Source: Callorhinchus milii (lineage: Eukaryota). Taken from it: a stretch of 64,000 bases of DNA. A program made the position numbers and the translations under genes. Shown here in pieces: positions 25,491 to 39,789 of the stretch. Location of the stretch: the NCBI RefSeq assembly GCF_018977255.1, contig NW_024704742.1:107572001-107636000 (forward strand), read 5' to 3'. The notes under the pieces were generated by a model. It was not told the origin of the DNA and ran no database searches. It worked only from the letters and a program-made list of their open reading frames with translations. Within the stretch, counting starts at the first letter, position 1, and each line of letters starts with the position of its first letter.

Positions 25491-27274
25491 TCGACGCCTT
25501 TATAATGTGGTTATCTCATTCCATTATTCCGCCATTAATGTAAGTTTTGGGTAGGAGTGTCTTGACGTTATTCAATAGCTAGTACTAATTAGCAGAGTGA
25601 TGTGTAATGCTATTTGAGAATATTAACTGTAGGATCTGTTTATGTTAGTCCAGTATTTCAATGTGACACTGTGAGGGAGGAAGCAGAAACGTGAACAACC
25701 AATTAATGTCACATCTCCAACTCTGGAATAATGTTCCTTTTTTTTATATGTGTAATTTATTTGATGTCAACAATAAGGACGATATCAGCAAATCAGGATG
25801 TAAACAACTCATTATTTTTCTGAGAATCAGGTGAACACCAATGGCTAATATCTCTGAATCATTTCTGTTTAAATGAAGGATTTAAACAGATATGATTAAT
25901 CAGAAAGCATTCCTGCATTTAATACTTTCCGGAAATAAGTAAGCAAGATGCATCCTTCCAGGAAGAGAGTGTGCATTCCATTCCAACAATCTATCTCTGG
26001 GATTTCCATGTGTAGGTAGGATGCTTGGAATTCTCAGCTTGGTTTGCATACTCTTAAGCATGTTGATGGGTTTCCACAAGTGATCGGGGAAAAAAAATGG
26101 AGGGTTAACACTTCACCACAGAAAAGTCCTTAAGTTGTGACCATTTTCTGCTGGACTTTAAGAGAAATGACATGGGAATTATCATAAGTTGACCACTTTG
26201 AATTTAGCTGGCATTCATTTTCTTACAAGAAATTTGCAATGCAAAAATGCACTTATTTTAAAATGTTTTGCTAATGTTGTTTCCAGGAATTTCAAGGTTC
26301 AATTACAAAACCATTCAATGGACATTCGTAGTGAAGATGTGGTGACTTGTATGATCGTTGTTATTTGTATGAAGCAAGTTCAGACATGCAACCCAAAAAA
26401 TCCCTGAAAGTTAAGTTTTAGGAACAACTAAAGTTCTAATAAATCTAAATGGTGCCATTAGGTGAAATACCTGAAGCATATTTTGAACTATTTTAAAGTT
26501 ATCAAGGTGTCACAGTCCTCCGAAGACAAAACTGCTCAAAGCTGGCTGTATAATAACCACATGAAGGTTCATGTAAAAGGAACTCATAAACTTAGCATAA
26601 ATTCCAGCTCACATCATGTGTATGGTACAACACAACATAAATACTTACATGACCCAATTAGATGACTGAAGGTCTCTGTTATAATGTAAGGGCAAAATCT
26701 TCAATTTCATGTTAAAAATCTTTGCTTTCCATGTTAAAAATCTTCACTTTTCATTCTTTGAGATGCCTCAAAGACGTGATAAGGAGCTGCATCAAATACA
26801 AGGATTATTATTATAAAAAGTTAGCTTTACTGGAAACACAGACTTGGATTTGCACTGAATAGAAAAAATACATAAATCTCAGTGCCCATGGTCATTTTTA
26901 ATTTGTATGAAAAGTAGAGTTACAGAAGTTGAATATTTTCAGCTATTTTTTGCTTCAGCTACTATTTTTATTGTACATTAACAACAATGGGGGAGGAGAA
27001 ATAGGATATAACCATCAGGCATAGGTTCACAGAATGTTTATAGACAGAAGGAGACCATTTGTGTTCTTATGTTCTTATATTCTTATTTGTATCTGTGTCT
27101 GGTGTTAGCTGTCCCACTGGAGCTATTTACTCAAATCTTATTCCTCTGATCTTTTTCCATACTCATTTTTTCTGTTGTGCTTCAGATGCTTATCCAATCC
27201 TTTTTATATCTTATGGTCTCAGTCATAATTGCCACGTGCAGACAAGTATTTCACTTTCTAATAACCCTTGTACA

Positions 27275-27692
27275 ATAATAATAACCCTTGCATTTGGTAT
27301 AGCACCTTATCACATTATCGAGGTGTCTTAAAGCGCTTTACAGGATATACTGTAAAGTGGATTGAACGTATATTTGTGGGTAAATTGGCAGCCAATGTCC
27401 CACAAACAAGTCTGGAGTGAGTAACATTTTTTATTTGAGTGATTTGTTGGCCAGGACACCAGGAAAAATTCCCTTCTCTTTTCAAATAGTGCCTTGGGAT
27501 CTTTAATGTCCACCTGAACTGGCAGACAGGACCTTAGTTTAACATCTCTTCCATGGTTTATTGGCACCTCCGACAATTCAACACACACCAGCACTACATT
27601 GGAGTGCCATCTTAGACTGTGATACCTGACATGGAGTTTGAACCCACGACCTTCTGACTCGGAGACGAGAATGTTACCACTGAGCCAGGCCA
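27275..27692 (-). mobile_element. Near full-length DeuSINE (SacSINE1-like)
   Basis: Reverse strand: GCCTGGCTCAGTGGTAACATTCTCGTCTCCGAGTCAGAAGGTCGTGGGTTCAAAC head, CAGGTGGACATTAAAGATCCCAAGGCACTATTTG and GGTGTCCTGGCCAAC body, L2-like tail. Confidence 0.88.
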
Positions 27693-28174
27693 GGTATAAT
27701 ACAAATTCTTGGAAATCTCCCCTTAACTCTTCCAGTAACAATTTTGAACTTATTCCATTTTGTTAATGAGTGACCAAACAATAAAAACTCTACAATAAAT
27801 ACAAATGTGAAATACAAATAAAACCCTTTATTTTCAATTCAATTCTGAAGAAGCACAAGGCTGGCGAGCTAGCAGGGTTCCTTCATGTATTGATTCTGAA
27901 TCAGACTGACTTTCATTGACATTGAACAAAACATTTGTAACTATTATTATTAAGATTAATGATTCTTTGGGAACCAAATTATGAGGCAATAAATGAATCT
28001 TTGATTTATGGTGGAATGTATTTGCAAAAACAGAAGAGATTTTCTAATGTATTATATATATCAATGTTAGTTATGATAAGGGACCAGTTAAAGATTAGTT
28101 GCACATTTCAACGCAGACCCATAGTACAACGGCAGGCCTTCCATTCCTGCTTGCTGTTTATCTCCAACAGGCAA

Positions 28175-28385
28175 TGAATGGTGTGGAAGAGAGGCTTAAT
28201 GGGGGGGAGGTAGAGGGTAGGTGTGGTGGGGAGGAGAGGGGAGGTATGCAGTGGCGGCCCACAATAGGTGTGCACAGTGAGGGATGCGTGATGGGGGTGA
28301 GAGAGGGGGTCTGGCATGGGGGGAGCTTGGTGGGGGGGAGGCATAGCGGGGCAGGGGATATGGCATAGTGGGGTGTGTGGAGGGG
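28175..28385 (+). repeat. G-rich low-complexity tract
   Basis: Many G3-G7 runs separated by short GGCAT(G/A)-type units. Confidence 0.7.
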
Positions 28386-31300
28386 AATCTATTAGCATTT
28401 CCTCACAGATAAGAAAAAATAAGAAGCAGCATCATTTGGGGCTCTCAGAAGTCATTCACACAATGACAGCATCTCCTTGTCCTTTCTGCTGGGAGTCATG
28501 CTTAATGTGCAGAAAATACTGACAAAAAGAGGAAGAAAATAATGAAGATTAAAGGAAAACACTGGAGCCTAGTTTGCCCAACTCACTTTGTAAAATCTCT
28601 GAACTAAATTCACCCTCATATTCAAATTATTGTGTAAAAATAATCAACAATCAACGAAAGGTAGTTGACACCAGAACACTGGACTCCTAAGGATAGTGAT
28701 GGATTTCTGCAGGTGGCAGACACTGACTGGCAAACAAAAATGGGAGGAGAGTAGGGTGTATATACTGGAAGGATGAATTCAAATGTGTCAAATGCCTTCT
28801 TCATCCCAACTGAATCTTGTCTGATGATGATAATAAAATCCTTACATTAGATACAGAACTCTTCATGTTAGTAGAACATCCCAAAGCGCTTCACTGTAAA
28901 GTGTAGTGACTATGAGCGAATATGGCAGGCAATTTGTGAAAAGAATCTCTAGCTTTGTTCCCTGGGAATTAATGTTAATACCTCCCATCTGTTTATAAAG
29001 GCAATAATATAGTGTTATTGATCCATTACAAGACTGAAGGGTAATGCTTTCTTTCTATCTTATGCAAATTTGAAGAAGCAGTTCATGAAATCTGAAATGT
29101 TCGTCGTTGTCTGTAAATGTGATCACATAAGCTCAGATGCCATTCTCTTTGAATATGTTTCTGTATTCTTCACACAAACTGGAAAATGCTTCTCACATCT
29201 TCTTGACTGCTTAGGTGTCAAAATAATATCCTAAAGCTCACCTTGAGAGCATACCTTGTTTTAGTATGAAACTTTAATGGGAGTAGGTTACTTTTCAAAG
29301 GGATGCTTCAACTGATAACAGTTTAAAGTAAATATGCATTTGCTAAAAGCCCGAGAAATCTCCAGACAGGAGTCTGTTTAATTGTGCATCTCTTGAATAG
29401 AAACTTGTCCCCACAGTTATAATGCAAAACTGTCACAACAACTACAATAGTCTCCAAGCTCAAACTAAGAAATATGAAATGGCTTCAACATCAGCATCTT
29501 TCAATTGGAAAGAACCAGTTTGCCTGATTATCTGAAGAAGTATGTGCTTTCTGTCAAACTGGAGCACAATTTTAACTGGTTCTCACCACATTGCGCTTCA
29601 ATTTTGGCAGCTAGCCAGGAGGTATGAGCAGTAGATAAGTCCCCCTGGGATTTCTTTGCAACTCTAATGATATTGGTGTTCCAGCTCTTTTATTTAATTA
29701 ATCAAATCAGCACTGAGGATCTGCAGAATATTTGCGGTTATCATAGCATACGAATTAAAAGAAAATAAATAATAAAGCTCTCCAATAAATATTTACAATC
29801 TATTACATCAGAATGCATCATAAAAATATTGTACTGTGTTTTACATGGATTGTAAATTCCTTTCTGTTTTGCCGGCAACAATAATTTGTTCCAACCTTCC
29901 ATTCTGCACTCAATTGTCTCCAGTGTGTTTTTAATTGAATTACTTTACTTGATGCTTCTTTTGTGTTCAAGCAACTGTGAGAGCTGAGCAACTCAGAACC
30001 AATTAGAAAAGTTTCTCCCAAAAAAGAAGCAAGTTACAGAGTCATTTCAGAATAAAATCCATTACGGATAAATAATGCTTGGATAAGCACAATACAATGG
30101 TTTTCTTCTTTTGCTAAACAAAAGGAGAATAGTACTAATAAAACTACTCACATTAGCATTGTACCATTCAGTAGTAACAACTATCTCAATCCCACAATAC
30201 GCATTTACTGTGCAATTGTCTGCAAATATAATAGAGTATTATTTCTTTCTGATGAATTTTCTTTCACTGAGATCAATAGAATTAAATTAATAATAGCTCT
30301 TAGGCCACCATGCAATTCCCTTAGTTCTGATTTTCAATTATTGGAGTTGCACCATCTTGCACTGTTTATTTTACCAATATTATTAAAATAAATTAAAAGC
30401 ATCAACCATTAAATAGAAAAGATTTTGCTTTTGTACACTTATATACTGACCTGTTTTCCAGTTTCATGGCAACTATTCAGAAGACAGAACATGTCATTCA
30501 AAGAGCAAGCAGCCATGATTCAACAAGCAGAAATAGTTAATTGTTGGAAGAGTTAACTATGTGTGTTTCAGTCAGGCTAAAATCTGCTTTGTTGTTAACA
30601 AAGGATGTAGGTAAGGCTTGTGGATGGTTGAATGCAATTCCAAATGCTTGTGAGAGGTTGAATTAATCAATAACTCAGGTATTTGATTTCAAGCATTGCA
30701 TTGATCCTTACAAATCTCAGTTGAAATTTTAAAGTTTAAGTTTAGCATTAATGACCTTTCACCAGTGCTCAAGAATAAGATAGTTCTGAACGTCTGCGTT
30801 GTATGAGCGTTAGTACAAACATATGTAAATTGTTTCTGATTTTTCTTTCTCGTCGTTATGAAGCGCGTGAGAAAATTGGAGGAAAGTTGTATATTGCTGG
30901 AAATTCACCACATTATTACACAAGAGTGTTTATAACTGACTTTACACATAGAGAGAAAGCTCCACTCATGATCAATTGATCTAAAGTGAAGAGATTGTTA
31001 ATGAGAAAAGTTAACAATTAAAGTTGGCAGATCTTCAAAATATCTTGAATCCCTCTCTGCCTTCTGCATCACATGTTGAGGGTTAAACGTCCACAAGTGG
31101 AGATAAACTCAATGTATATGAACATGTAAATAAAATTCAATAGCATTTTAAGGCTGGAAATGGACAATTATAACTGTGGAAGGTACATGATGTACTAGAT
31201 CAAAATACCTGTATAATATAATAGTGGGGTAAATATTGTAGGATTTGCACTCCATTCCTTCATTAATGGGTTTCATTTTCTGTCTTATTTTTCCAATCAA

Positions 31301-31499
31301 TTTTTTTTAATTGAATTGCAATTACCACTCACCTGCTCATTCTGCTACCCTGCTAATCTGTGGATGTCCTTTCCTGAAGTCTGTTTTGGTTAGCTGGTGT
31401 CTGACACATGACAAAACCTTATGCTTAAGAGTATCCAAACCAGACGAGGCGTGCCACATATTTATGTCACTTACATGTGGAAATTTCTCTATATCTGGG

Positions 31500-31830
31500 A
31501 AGGAAAGACTTCATAAAAGATTATAAAGGGTTTCATAATCCTCATCCGTTTTGTCATTTCTGACCTCCCAATTTAGTGCCATCAGCAAATGTTAATATTG
31601 TTTCCTCAATTTCTTAAATCATTTATTATATATATTGAATAAAACTATCCCCAACACAGACCTCCAAGGAATATTAGTCAACACATTTTCTCATTCCAAG
31701 AAACTTGCTTTTGCCCTTACTCTCTGCATTCTGCCCTTCAACAATTTAGCTATCCATACCTATATTCTCCTTAATTCCAAGTGACCTAATCTTTGCAATA
31801 AGCTTCTTATGTGGCAAGTTATCAGATGCT
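31500..31830 (-). mobile_element. Old CR1 RT fragment
   Basis: Reverse strand gives degraded K..DNLPHKKL, GSVLG and FADGTKLGG motifs. Confidence 0.75.
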
Positions 31831-32639
31831 TTCAGTCAAAATACGTTTGAATGAGTAAGTGTTGTCCAGCTCCGTGTGCTGTCAGCACATTACTCTGTGG
31901 AATCAGAAGTCAAACTTTATAACTTACACAAAAGATGGAACAAGTGAACCTTTCAGCTGATAGTTGGAGAAAGGAACCAGCTTCAAGTGAAGTTACTGAA
32001 TCATTAGAGGCTGTGAAAGCATTCACTCTAGTCCACATCACAAAGATTCATGCAGTTGATATTTATGACTCTTTCATATTCCAGAAAAATAGGTATAATA
32101 TGAATAGGCAAGATAATGGCCAAACGTAATTGTTAGAAGGACAAAATCTGGGAAATATAGGTCTGAACACTAGATAATGGCAAATAGTTGAGTCAATAGA
32201 GCATTACTGGATAAATTTCAGAACAAAATCCCAGGAAAATTGGCAACTTAAGTGATGATTCAAGAGCACAATGAAGTCTAATTTGTGAATTCTACAAAAA
32301 GATCAGGAAGTGCTAAGTTGTGACTCCTGCTTTGCTATCTAATTTGCAATATTCACAAAATGCAAGTTGTGATATCTGGACATCAACATCAACAACTTGC
32401 ATTAATATAGCACCCTTCACCCAGGACAGTCTCAGTGTGCTTAAGAGCACATCACCAAAGAGCACAACAAAGACTCTAGAGTAAACTGAATCAGCCCAAA
32501 CTTGTTGTCGTTCTGAAATTAAAAATAGCCATTTTCCAAATATTGCAAAGCTCAAGTTTTCACTTTTCACTGGGAAACACTTTGAGATGTTATCCGATTA
32601 GAAAGAAATCATAGTTCTGCAAGACTCAAGAGAAGACAA

Positions 32640-32890
32640 AGAAAATATTGGTTGAAACATAGAAACATCAGTTCCAATTGATGATTCTTATCAGTATCTG
32701 GGGTTTGTGGTGGACAGCAACATTTGTCTGGATGCTGTTCTGAAGGACTGAACGGTGATGAGTGAAGGCACTCTGGTCATACTTGTCTCTCTTCAAGGAC
32801 AGCAAGGTCCCAATTCAGGTCAAGCTTGTGCCATATAAGACCTGTGTGCAAACAGTCTCCTTTATGTATCCGAGCTCCTGGAGATGCTGT
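32640..32890 (+). mobile_element. Old RTE-type LINE RT fragment
   Basis: QYLGFVVDSNICLDA...LFKDSKVPIQVKLVPYKTCVQTV.LY.SE.W fits the YLG...TKLxVYxAxVxSxLLYGxExW pattern. Confidence 0.6.
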
Positions 32891-33614
32891 TAGAGGAGTG
32901 GGAGCCTTCCTCCAGCCCATTTGCAAAGTCTAGGATCTGGAAACTTGGCTTCCAAATTCAAATTGGATTTAAGAAGTTTGCACAATTCTGCACGATCTTG
33001 GATTGTTAGTCAAAATGGTCTTACCAGCCTAAGACTAGGAATTTTGAGCTGATGATTCATAATAAATATTTCATGCTGTGCAGATGCAATTCTGTGTTAT
33101 TGAAACAAATCTTCTGATAGGAAATTTAATATCAAAACACGTCAGTTTTATCCCCAAAGCAACAAAGATTCAAATACAAGTACAAGCTTTAAAAATGGCA
33201 GTCCTGAGACTTTGCAACAAGTCATTGAGACAGAAGAAAAAATAATTGGTTCAGAATTGAGACTTTAATTCTGTTTCTACAACAAGGAGGCTAATAGCCT
33301 ATAAACCTATATTTTTGTACTGACTGTTTTCCAAGCCAGCAGCAAAATAACCTCCTCTGAATTGACAAGTCAGTTTCTCTCAAATAGTAAAAGGGTTGAA
33401 TCATTGAACTCTGTGTTGTGAACTGAATATATTAATACTCAGTAATTTTGTGATGTGAATTCTATGTATATGTAGTTAAAGTATAAACAATTATTGACTT
33501 TTCTGAGTTTTCTCCGAAATTTCTTGCAGTTTTTCGCCTTGCAAAAATACTTCTGAATTTAAAATGAATTAAGGTTATTATAAAATTTTGTCTGATCTTA
33601 CATTTTAAGTGAAC

Positions 33615-33920
33615 AGATTACCCCCATCTTCGTCCGGCTCCACTGACTCCCCATCCCTCAGAGGATCGAGTTTAAAATCCTACTCCTCACTTTTAAAGCC
33701 CTCCATGGCCTCGTTCCTCCCTACCTCTGCAAGATATTAATGCCATATCACCATACCCTCTGCTTGGTGGACATTAGCTTGCTTCATATTCCCTACCCTG
33801 CCTGTCCCACTATTGGCAGTTGGGCCTTCAGCTTTTCTGTCCCCACCCTATGGAACTCCATCCCTCTGCCTTCCACTCTCCCTTGCCTCCTTCAAGGCCG
33901 ATCTCAAGACTTTCCTCTTT
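33615..33920 (+). mobile_element. L2 3' fragment
   Basis: ITPIFVRLH*LPIPQRIEFKILLLTFKALHGL. Confidence 0.85.
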
Positions 33921-36664
33921 CAGGAATTATTGGAATGAAGGAGAAGTTATTTTAAATGATGAAGAGAGATGTAAGCAACGCGATTAAACTTAAATTTTGA
34001 AAAGGCAATTGAACAGGAAAATACAACATAAATGGGTCTATTGCCCGTGAAATCCACCTCGGAGTGTAAAGTGCATCTTGGCAGGGAATCCCATATATAC
34101 ATTGCACCAACGCTCGAGCATCCTGTTTCACAGCAGACTGGTTTGGAGCCAATTTCTCATAGCTCAGGGTAACATACAAATATATATATGTTTTGTATAT
34201 ATATATTACTATATATATATCCTTGCACAAGATTCACTTTATGTCTGCTGCAATTGTGCCACTCTATGTCCTTAAGTATTGATTAACGCATTATGCCAGG
34301 TATCCCATGGTTTTCCTACTAAAGCACCTTTATTTTAAATAAAGATCACTTCCCCTGCATTCCAATGAGTTGCAAGAACGTTAATGCATCTTTCGGAGCT
34401 GGAGATTGTTAATATGCTTGCAATACCGAGGGGTAGCACACATTTCTCTTTGGTTGATGGGTTCAGGGGGCACAAACAGTAACAACAACAACAAAATTAC
34501 ATTTGTAAAGAGCCTTTCACATCGGGAGGATGTTCCAAGGCGCTGAACCTTCGGGGGACATGACCCGGAGGTTTCCTAAGTGTCCTTCAGTTGGAATTTG
34601 AGGACATCCACTTACCCAGTCACAATCTAGGAAAGAGCATCAGCTACAATTAAATAAGCTTTTCATGGATGATATTAGATTTAATATTGCTCAGGGCACA
34701 AAAGAACATCAGGAGTGAGAATGCCCTTCTATTCTATGAAAAAATCTGATATTTCTTCTGCAATTGTGCCACTTGTAGAGTTTTTCATTGTGTTTCCTCA
34801 GTGATAAAATTACTATTCCAAACAGCCCCTAAACACAATATTATACAGACAAAATCATCAAGTGGTGAATGTTATTCTTCACTACTGTCAAAAGTGTCAG
34901 AATACGTCCTGCTTCAATGCACTGAATAAACTCATCAGTTTTGTAGTTTGACAGATACTCTGGTTTGAGCCGTTTTATAATCCCAGCCGAATAGAAGGAA
35001 TACATAACCTCTTAAGACTGGTGCATTTTAACTCGCTCCATTCAGTGACCTATGCAAAACATTCAGTGAGATGAAGTGAAACTTGACGCTCTCTGGAAAA
35101 TGCAGTCTGGGCACATTTCAAGCTCCTCTGCCTCTGTCTTGCCAACATTTCTCCTGCAGCAAGAACCAAAAAGGTGAGAAGCAAAATCCCTTCAGAAAAT
35201 AACCACATCACATGACTGTGTTTGATGGAAAACAACCTCCCTTCAGTGTCTCATAGTGCCAACGCAATGAGCTGCGGATGAATGGAATAAGCTTTAGATC
35301 AGAATGTTGTGGTAAAGCGATATTATATTGGGAGCTCCATTACTGACTGACTTACATTGCTGGCTGTAAAGGTGATCTACTTCATGTCTCAGGATGGATT
35401 AAATCAGCTGTTAGTAAAAAAAAATTGATCATTTGTGTGACATTTGCATTCAAATTCTGTCATATTATCTTTTATTGTGCTCAGAAGACATTTTTCATAG
35501 TGTCAATTATTATATTGATTTAATATCAAACAGAAAAATAGTCTCGATGTCAGAGGTTGTCTCAGCAGTGTTAAGCACAGATCACATTTTCTGACTTGGG
35601 TTGGATTCAGTCTTTATGAAATACCAGTCAGTCAGTTAGTTTCTGGTGAAATAGCACTGAAACATGTCATGGTGGGTAACAGCAACAGTCGCCACTGGTG
35701 GGGGGTTTACATTACTTTAACCACTATGCCCAATCTCTGGAACTACCTGCCTCAATCCCTTCACCTTGCCCACATCTTATTCATCTTCACAACTGAAGAC
35801 TTTCCTCTTTGATTGTGTCTACGTTCACTTGCTTTTCTCCCTGGCTCAGGGTCAAACTACAGCATTTCTCAATGCCCTGAGACGGTACCTCTCTTGAAGG
35901 GCGCAATAGAAATGTAAACTGTTGATATTAAGACTTAAATGCTGACGTCTGAAGTCAATAATTCTTGCCCTGATACCGCTGAAAAAATAGAGGCCAAATA
36001 ATTTTGAAAAGAGGCTTTGGACCAAATGATTGTGCTGAAGTTGTGGGGGGTTTCACGCCTTCAGCCAATCAATCATTCTCAACTAATATTTCATAATTTC
36101 TTTCCACACTCAGTGTGAGACTTATCACATCAAAATCTGTTATGAAATTCAAATCTTTTTCAATCCATAAGATTTTGAAAGGGTACTGTAATTGGGAGAA
36201 ATAATCTTCTTAAAATAATCTCATTTGATGCCCTTCACACTGAACATCATACTGCATAGTTTCCATAGCTAAAAGGACTGAAGATTGATCCTGAAGTTTT
36301 CCTTTTCAGTGCAAGAAGGAAAGGCATGTGATGTTAATGTCTTTTAAAGGAGCAATAAGCTTGTGTTTTGTCCAATTATGTAAAGAATCTTCATTCAAAG
36401 AATAGACTACTGTAGCTACCAAACTTTGATGCTTTACAGGAAATGCACTAAAAGTTGTGTTTTTAAACACTTTCCACTGATGGCCAGCTGAAAATTCTGA
36501 GTGATCTTAACCATTAAGGCAAAGTAGTCTTACAGGGTAAGACTGGGTAGAATTGAATGTCTCAGCTTTTTGGTGCGTGTTTGTGTGAAGTCAGGGAGGG
36601 GCGGGGAAAGCAGGAAGATTTAGACAAAAAGAAGACTGGAGATTGTAACTGAAGTAATTACAAG

Positions 36665-37482
36665 CGCTGACAGCATCAGCATCCAAGGCTGCACTCTCCA
36701 CCTCTCAAAGCCAGTCAGGAACCTCGGGGTTCTGTTCGACCCTGAGCTGTCCTTTCTTCCTCATATCCGCGCCCCAACTGGCACTGCCTTCCATCACCTC
36801 CGGAATATCGCCAGACTACGGCACTACCTCACCCCTCACGCTGCTGAAACCCTGGTCCACGCCTTTATCACCTCAAGGCTGGACTATGGGAACTCTCTCC
36901 TCCCGGCCTTCCCGGCACCTCCCTCCACAAACTGCAGGTCATTCAGAACTCTGCAGCTCGTGTACTGTCCCGCACCAGACTTCGCGACCACATCACTCCC
37001 ACCCTCGCTCACCTCCACTGGCTCCCCATCCCTCAGAGGATCGAATTCAAGATCCTCATCCTTACCTACAAGGCCATTCACGGCCTCGCTCCCTCCTACC
37101 TCTCCGACCTACTATCCCCCTACTTACCTGCCCGTACCCTCCGTTCCTCTGGCTCCGGTCTGCTCCACATCCCCCGCCCCACCCGCCCTACCATCAGTGG
37201 CCGGGCCTTCCTCTCAGCCCCGAGGCTCTGGAACTCTATCCCCCAGTGCCTTCGCCGCCTCCTCCCTTTCCTCCTTCAAGGCCGGTCTCAAGACCTTTCT
37301 CTTTGACCGAGCCTTCAGCTCCCCTCTCGACTCTCTACCCCCTCCTCGCTCCCTCCCTTCCCTCCCCTCACCCTGACCATTTCCCCCCTGCTCGGGTCCT
37401 GACCCAACTGTACAGCGCCTTGGGACGTCCTCCCGACGTGAAAGGCGCTCTATAAATGGAATCTTGTTGTTGTTGTTGTTGT
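36665..37482 (+). mobile_element. Young 5'-truncated L2
   Basis: Near-identical to the reverse complement of 9153-9975; (TTG)n tail. Confidence 0.97.
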
Positions 37483-38296
37483 AATGGAGAACACGGGACA
37501 AACATTTTAAAACCTTCACGGAAGAATGAAAAATTTGCTGCATTCCTGGATTAGTTTTCGTTTGTATTTTAAACGTTGTTACAATTTTTGGTAGAGTTTG
37601 TTCTAATTTGAAGGATGCTTTTACTCAAAATTATATTTATCTCAATCTAGAGGTCCTGCGGCTCCTTTGTGATGCTAAGTAAGGATGAGTCACTCTTAAA
37701 AGCTATGAAGGCAAAGACAAGGATTGTCATTCACATGCTCCTTGTATCTTGCTCTGACAGATATGTCAGCATGTTGCTAGGGCTGGTAGCATTTAATTGC
37801 ATGTTTATCGTATTTGACACAATCCATTGCTTTTTATCGCTAATTTAATTTTTTGTTGCAGTGTGGCAGCTCAGTGTCTGCTATCATTTCTTTTCTTCCT
37901 TTTATTTTCAATTAGCTGGTGGCTGGGCAACAACTTACGCTCCAACCCTAATGAAGTAGAAAATTAGTTTTGCATGCAGTGATCAGCTCGATATTCAGTG
38001 AATCACAAAAACATCTGGCTGATCTAAGGGTGACAATGACACGAGCAAATATTCCCATTTTAACAAATGCCCGCAATTTTAAGAAGTAAGACTTTATTGA
38101 TACCATTTGCCTACAAAATACAGTCACTATATTTTACAGTAAAGGCCTTTGTCTCAACATGAAAGGCGCTATACCAAATGTGAGGATTATTATTATTATC
38201 ATTATTATCTTCACAGTTTTTCAAAAAGCTGTTTGACCAAAATCATTCACAGTAGACTGATCTAGATGATCCAATTATCAGTGAATTCACTCATCT

Positions 38297-39765
38297 TAGT
38301 AGAATCATACAGCACAGGAGGACATTCAGCCCATTGTGTCTGTGCCAGCTCTTTGAGAAGAGCTATCCAATTCAATACCACTCCCCCGCTCACTCCCCAT
38401 AGCCCTGCAAACTTGTCACCCAAAATAATTATCTACTTTTCTCTTAAAGGTTGTTATTGAATCAGCTTCAACCATTCTTTCAGGCAATGCATTCCAGATC
38501 CGAACAGCTCGCTGTGTGAAAAAATTTCTCTTCACCTCCCCTCTGTTTCTTTTAACAACTATTTTAAATCGGTGTCCTTGGGTTACCCACCCACCCACCA
38601 GTGGAAATAGTTTCTCCAATAGTGTTTAAATGTTTTCCCGATCGGCTTCAATCTACACTGTACCAACATTTAAAAACAAAGGTTGGTAATAGTTAACAAT
38701 TGCTTCTTAAGTTATCTCTTGCTCTCCCTGCTAGCTCTTTACAATCTTAGAGGCCATTCAGTTCAGCTCTCTGAAAGAGAGAATCCAATTATCCCCACTC
38801 TCCTGCCTTTTCCCCAAATCCTTTTACCTTTTAATTCTTCAAATATTTGTCTATTTCTCATTTAAAACCTATTATTGATTTAGCTTCAACCATTATTACT
38901 AGTACAGCCTTCAATCTCCTAACAACCCGCTGTGTGAAAATATTTCTCTTAACCGTTTTCTTTGTACGATTAGGATCACAGCTTCATAGAAGTTTAGGAA
39001 GCCATTCAGCTCATCGAGTCCACACCTGCTCTCAGAGCAAGCTGTTCATTGAAACTCACTGCCTTTCCCATCCTCGTATCCCTATATCCCTTCAAACTTT
39101 TTTCCCATGCCTTCATATAACTGTCTCCTTCCCTTTTGAACCCCCAGTGAACTTTGCCCCTACCACCTTACTTGGTAAGGTATTCCACATCACACCAACT
39201 CTTTGTGTGAAAAATGTTATCTTCAGTTCTCTGTTAGCTCTTCTTGTGACTATCTTATATCTATGTCCTCTAATCACTGACTCCCCTACAAATGGAAATA
39301 GTTTTTCCCTGTTTTTCCTGTCAAAACCCCTCATAATTCTGTGCACCTCTATCAGGCCCCATTCAACCCTTTCTGCTCCAATGAAAACGGACTCAATTTC
39401 TCCACTCTTTCTTCATTAACTATAGTCTCTCATCACTGGTATCATCCCTTGTGAATCTTGTATGCATTCCTCCAATGCCTTAACATACTTCCTGAAGTGA
39501 AATCCCCAAACTGAATGCAGTACTCCAGTTAATGGCTTAACCATGATTTGTACAAACTTAGTGTTATTGCTTTACTTTTATACTCTGTACCCCTATGTAT
39601 AAAACCCAAAATATCATTTGCTTTAGTTTCAGGGCCCCTTCCAATGTGTTGCCATTTTGAAGGATCCATATACCTGCACTCCCAAATCCATTTGCTCCTC
39701 TCCTTGCAAGATATTGCCATTCAATATGTACTCTCCTCATATTTTCTGTCAAAATGAATCACTTT
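38297..39765 (-). mobile_element. Cluster of CR1 3' fragments (~38297-38620, 38750-38960, 38985-39765)
   Basis: ORFs contain EKLFPLVGG..TQGHRFKIV..FFTQRAVRIWNALP, FFTQRVGVMWNTLP and KANDILGFIHRGTEYKS. Confidence 0.88.
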
Positions 39766-39789
39766 ACGTTTTTACTTGTAGAAGAAGGA

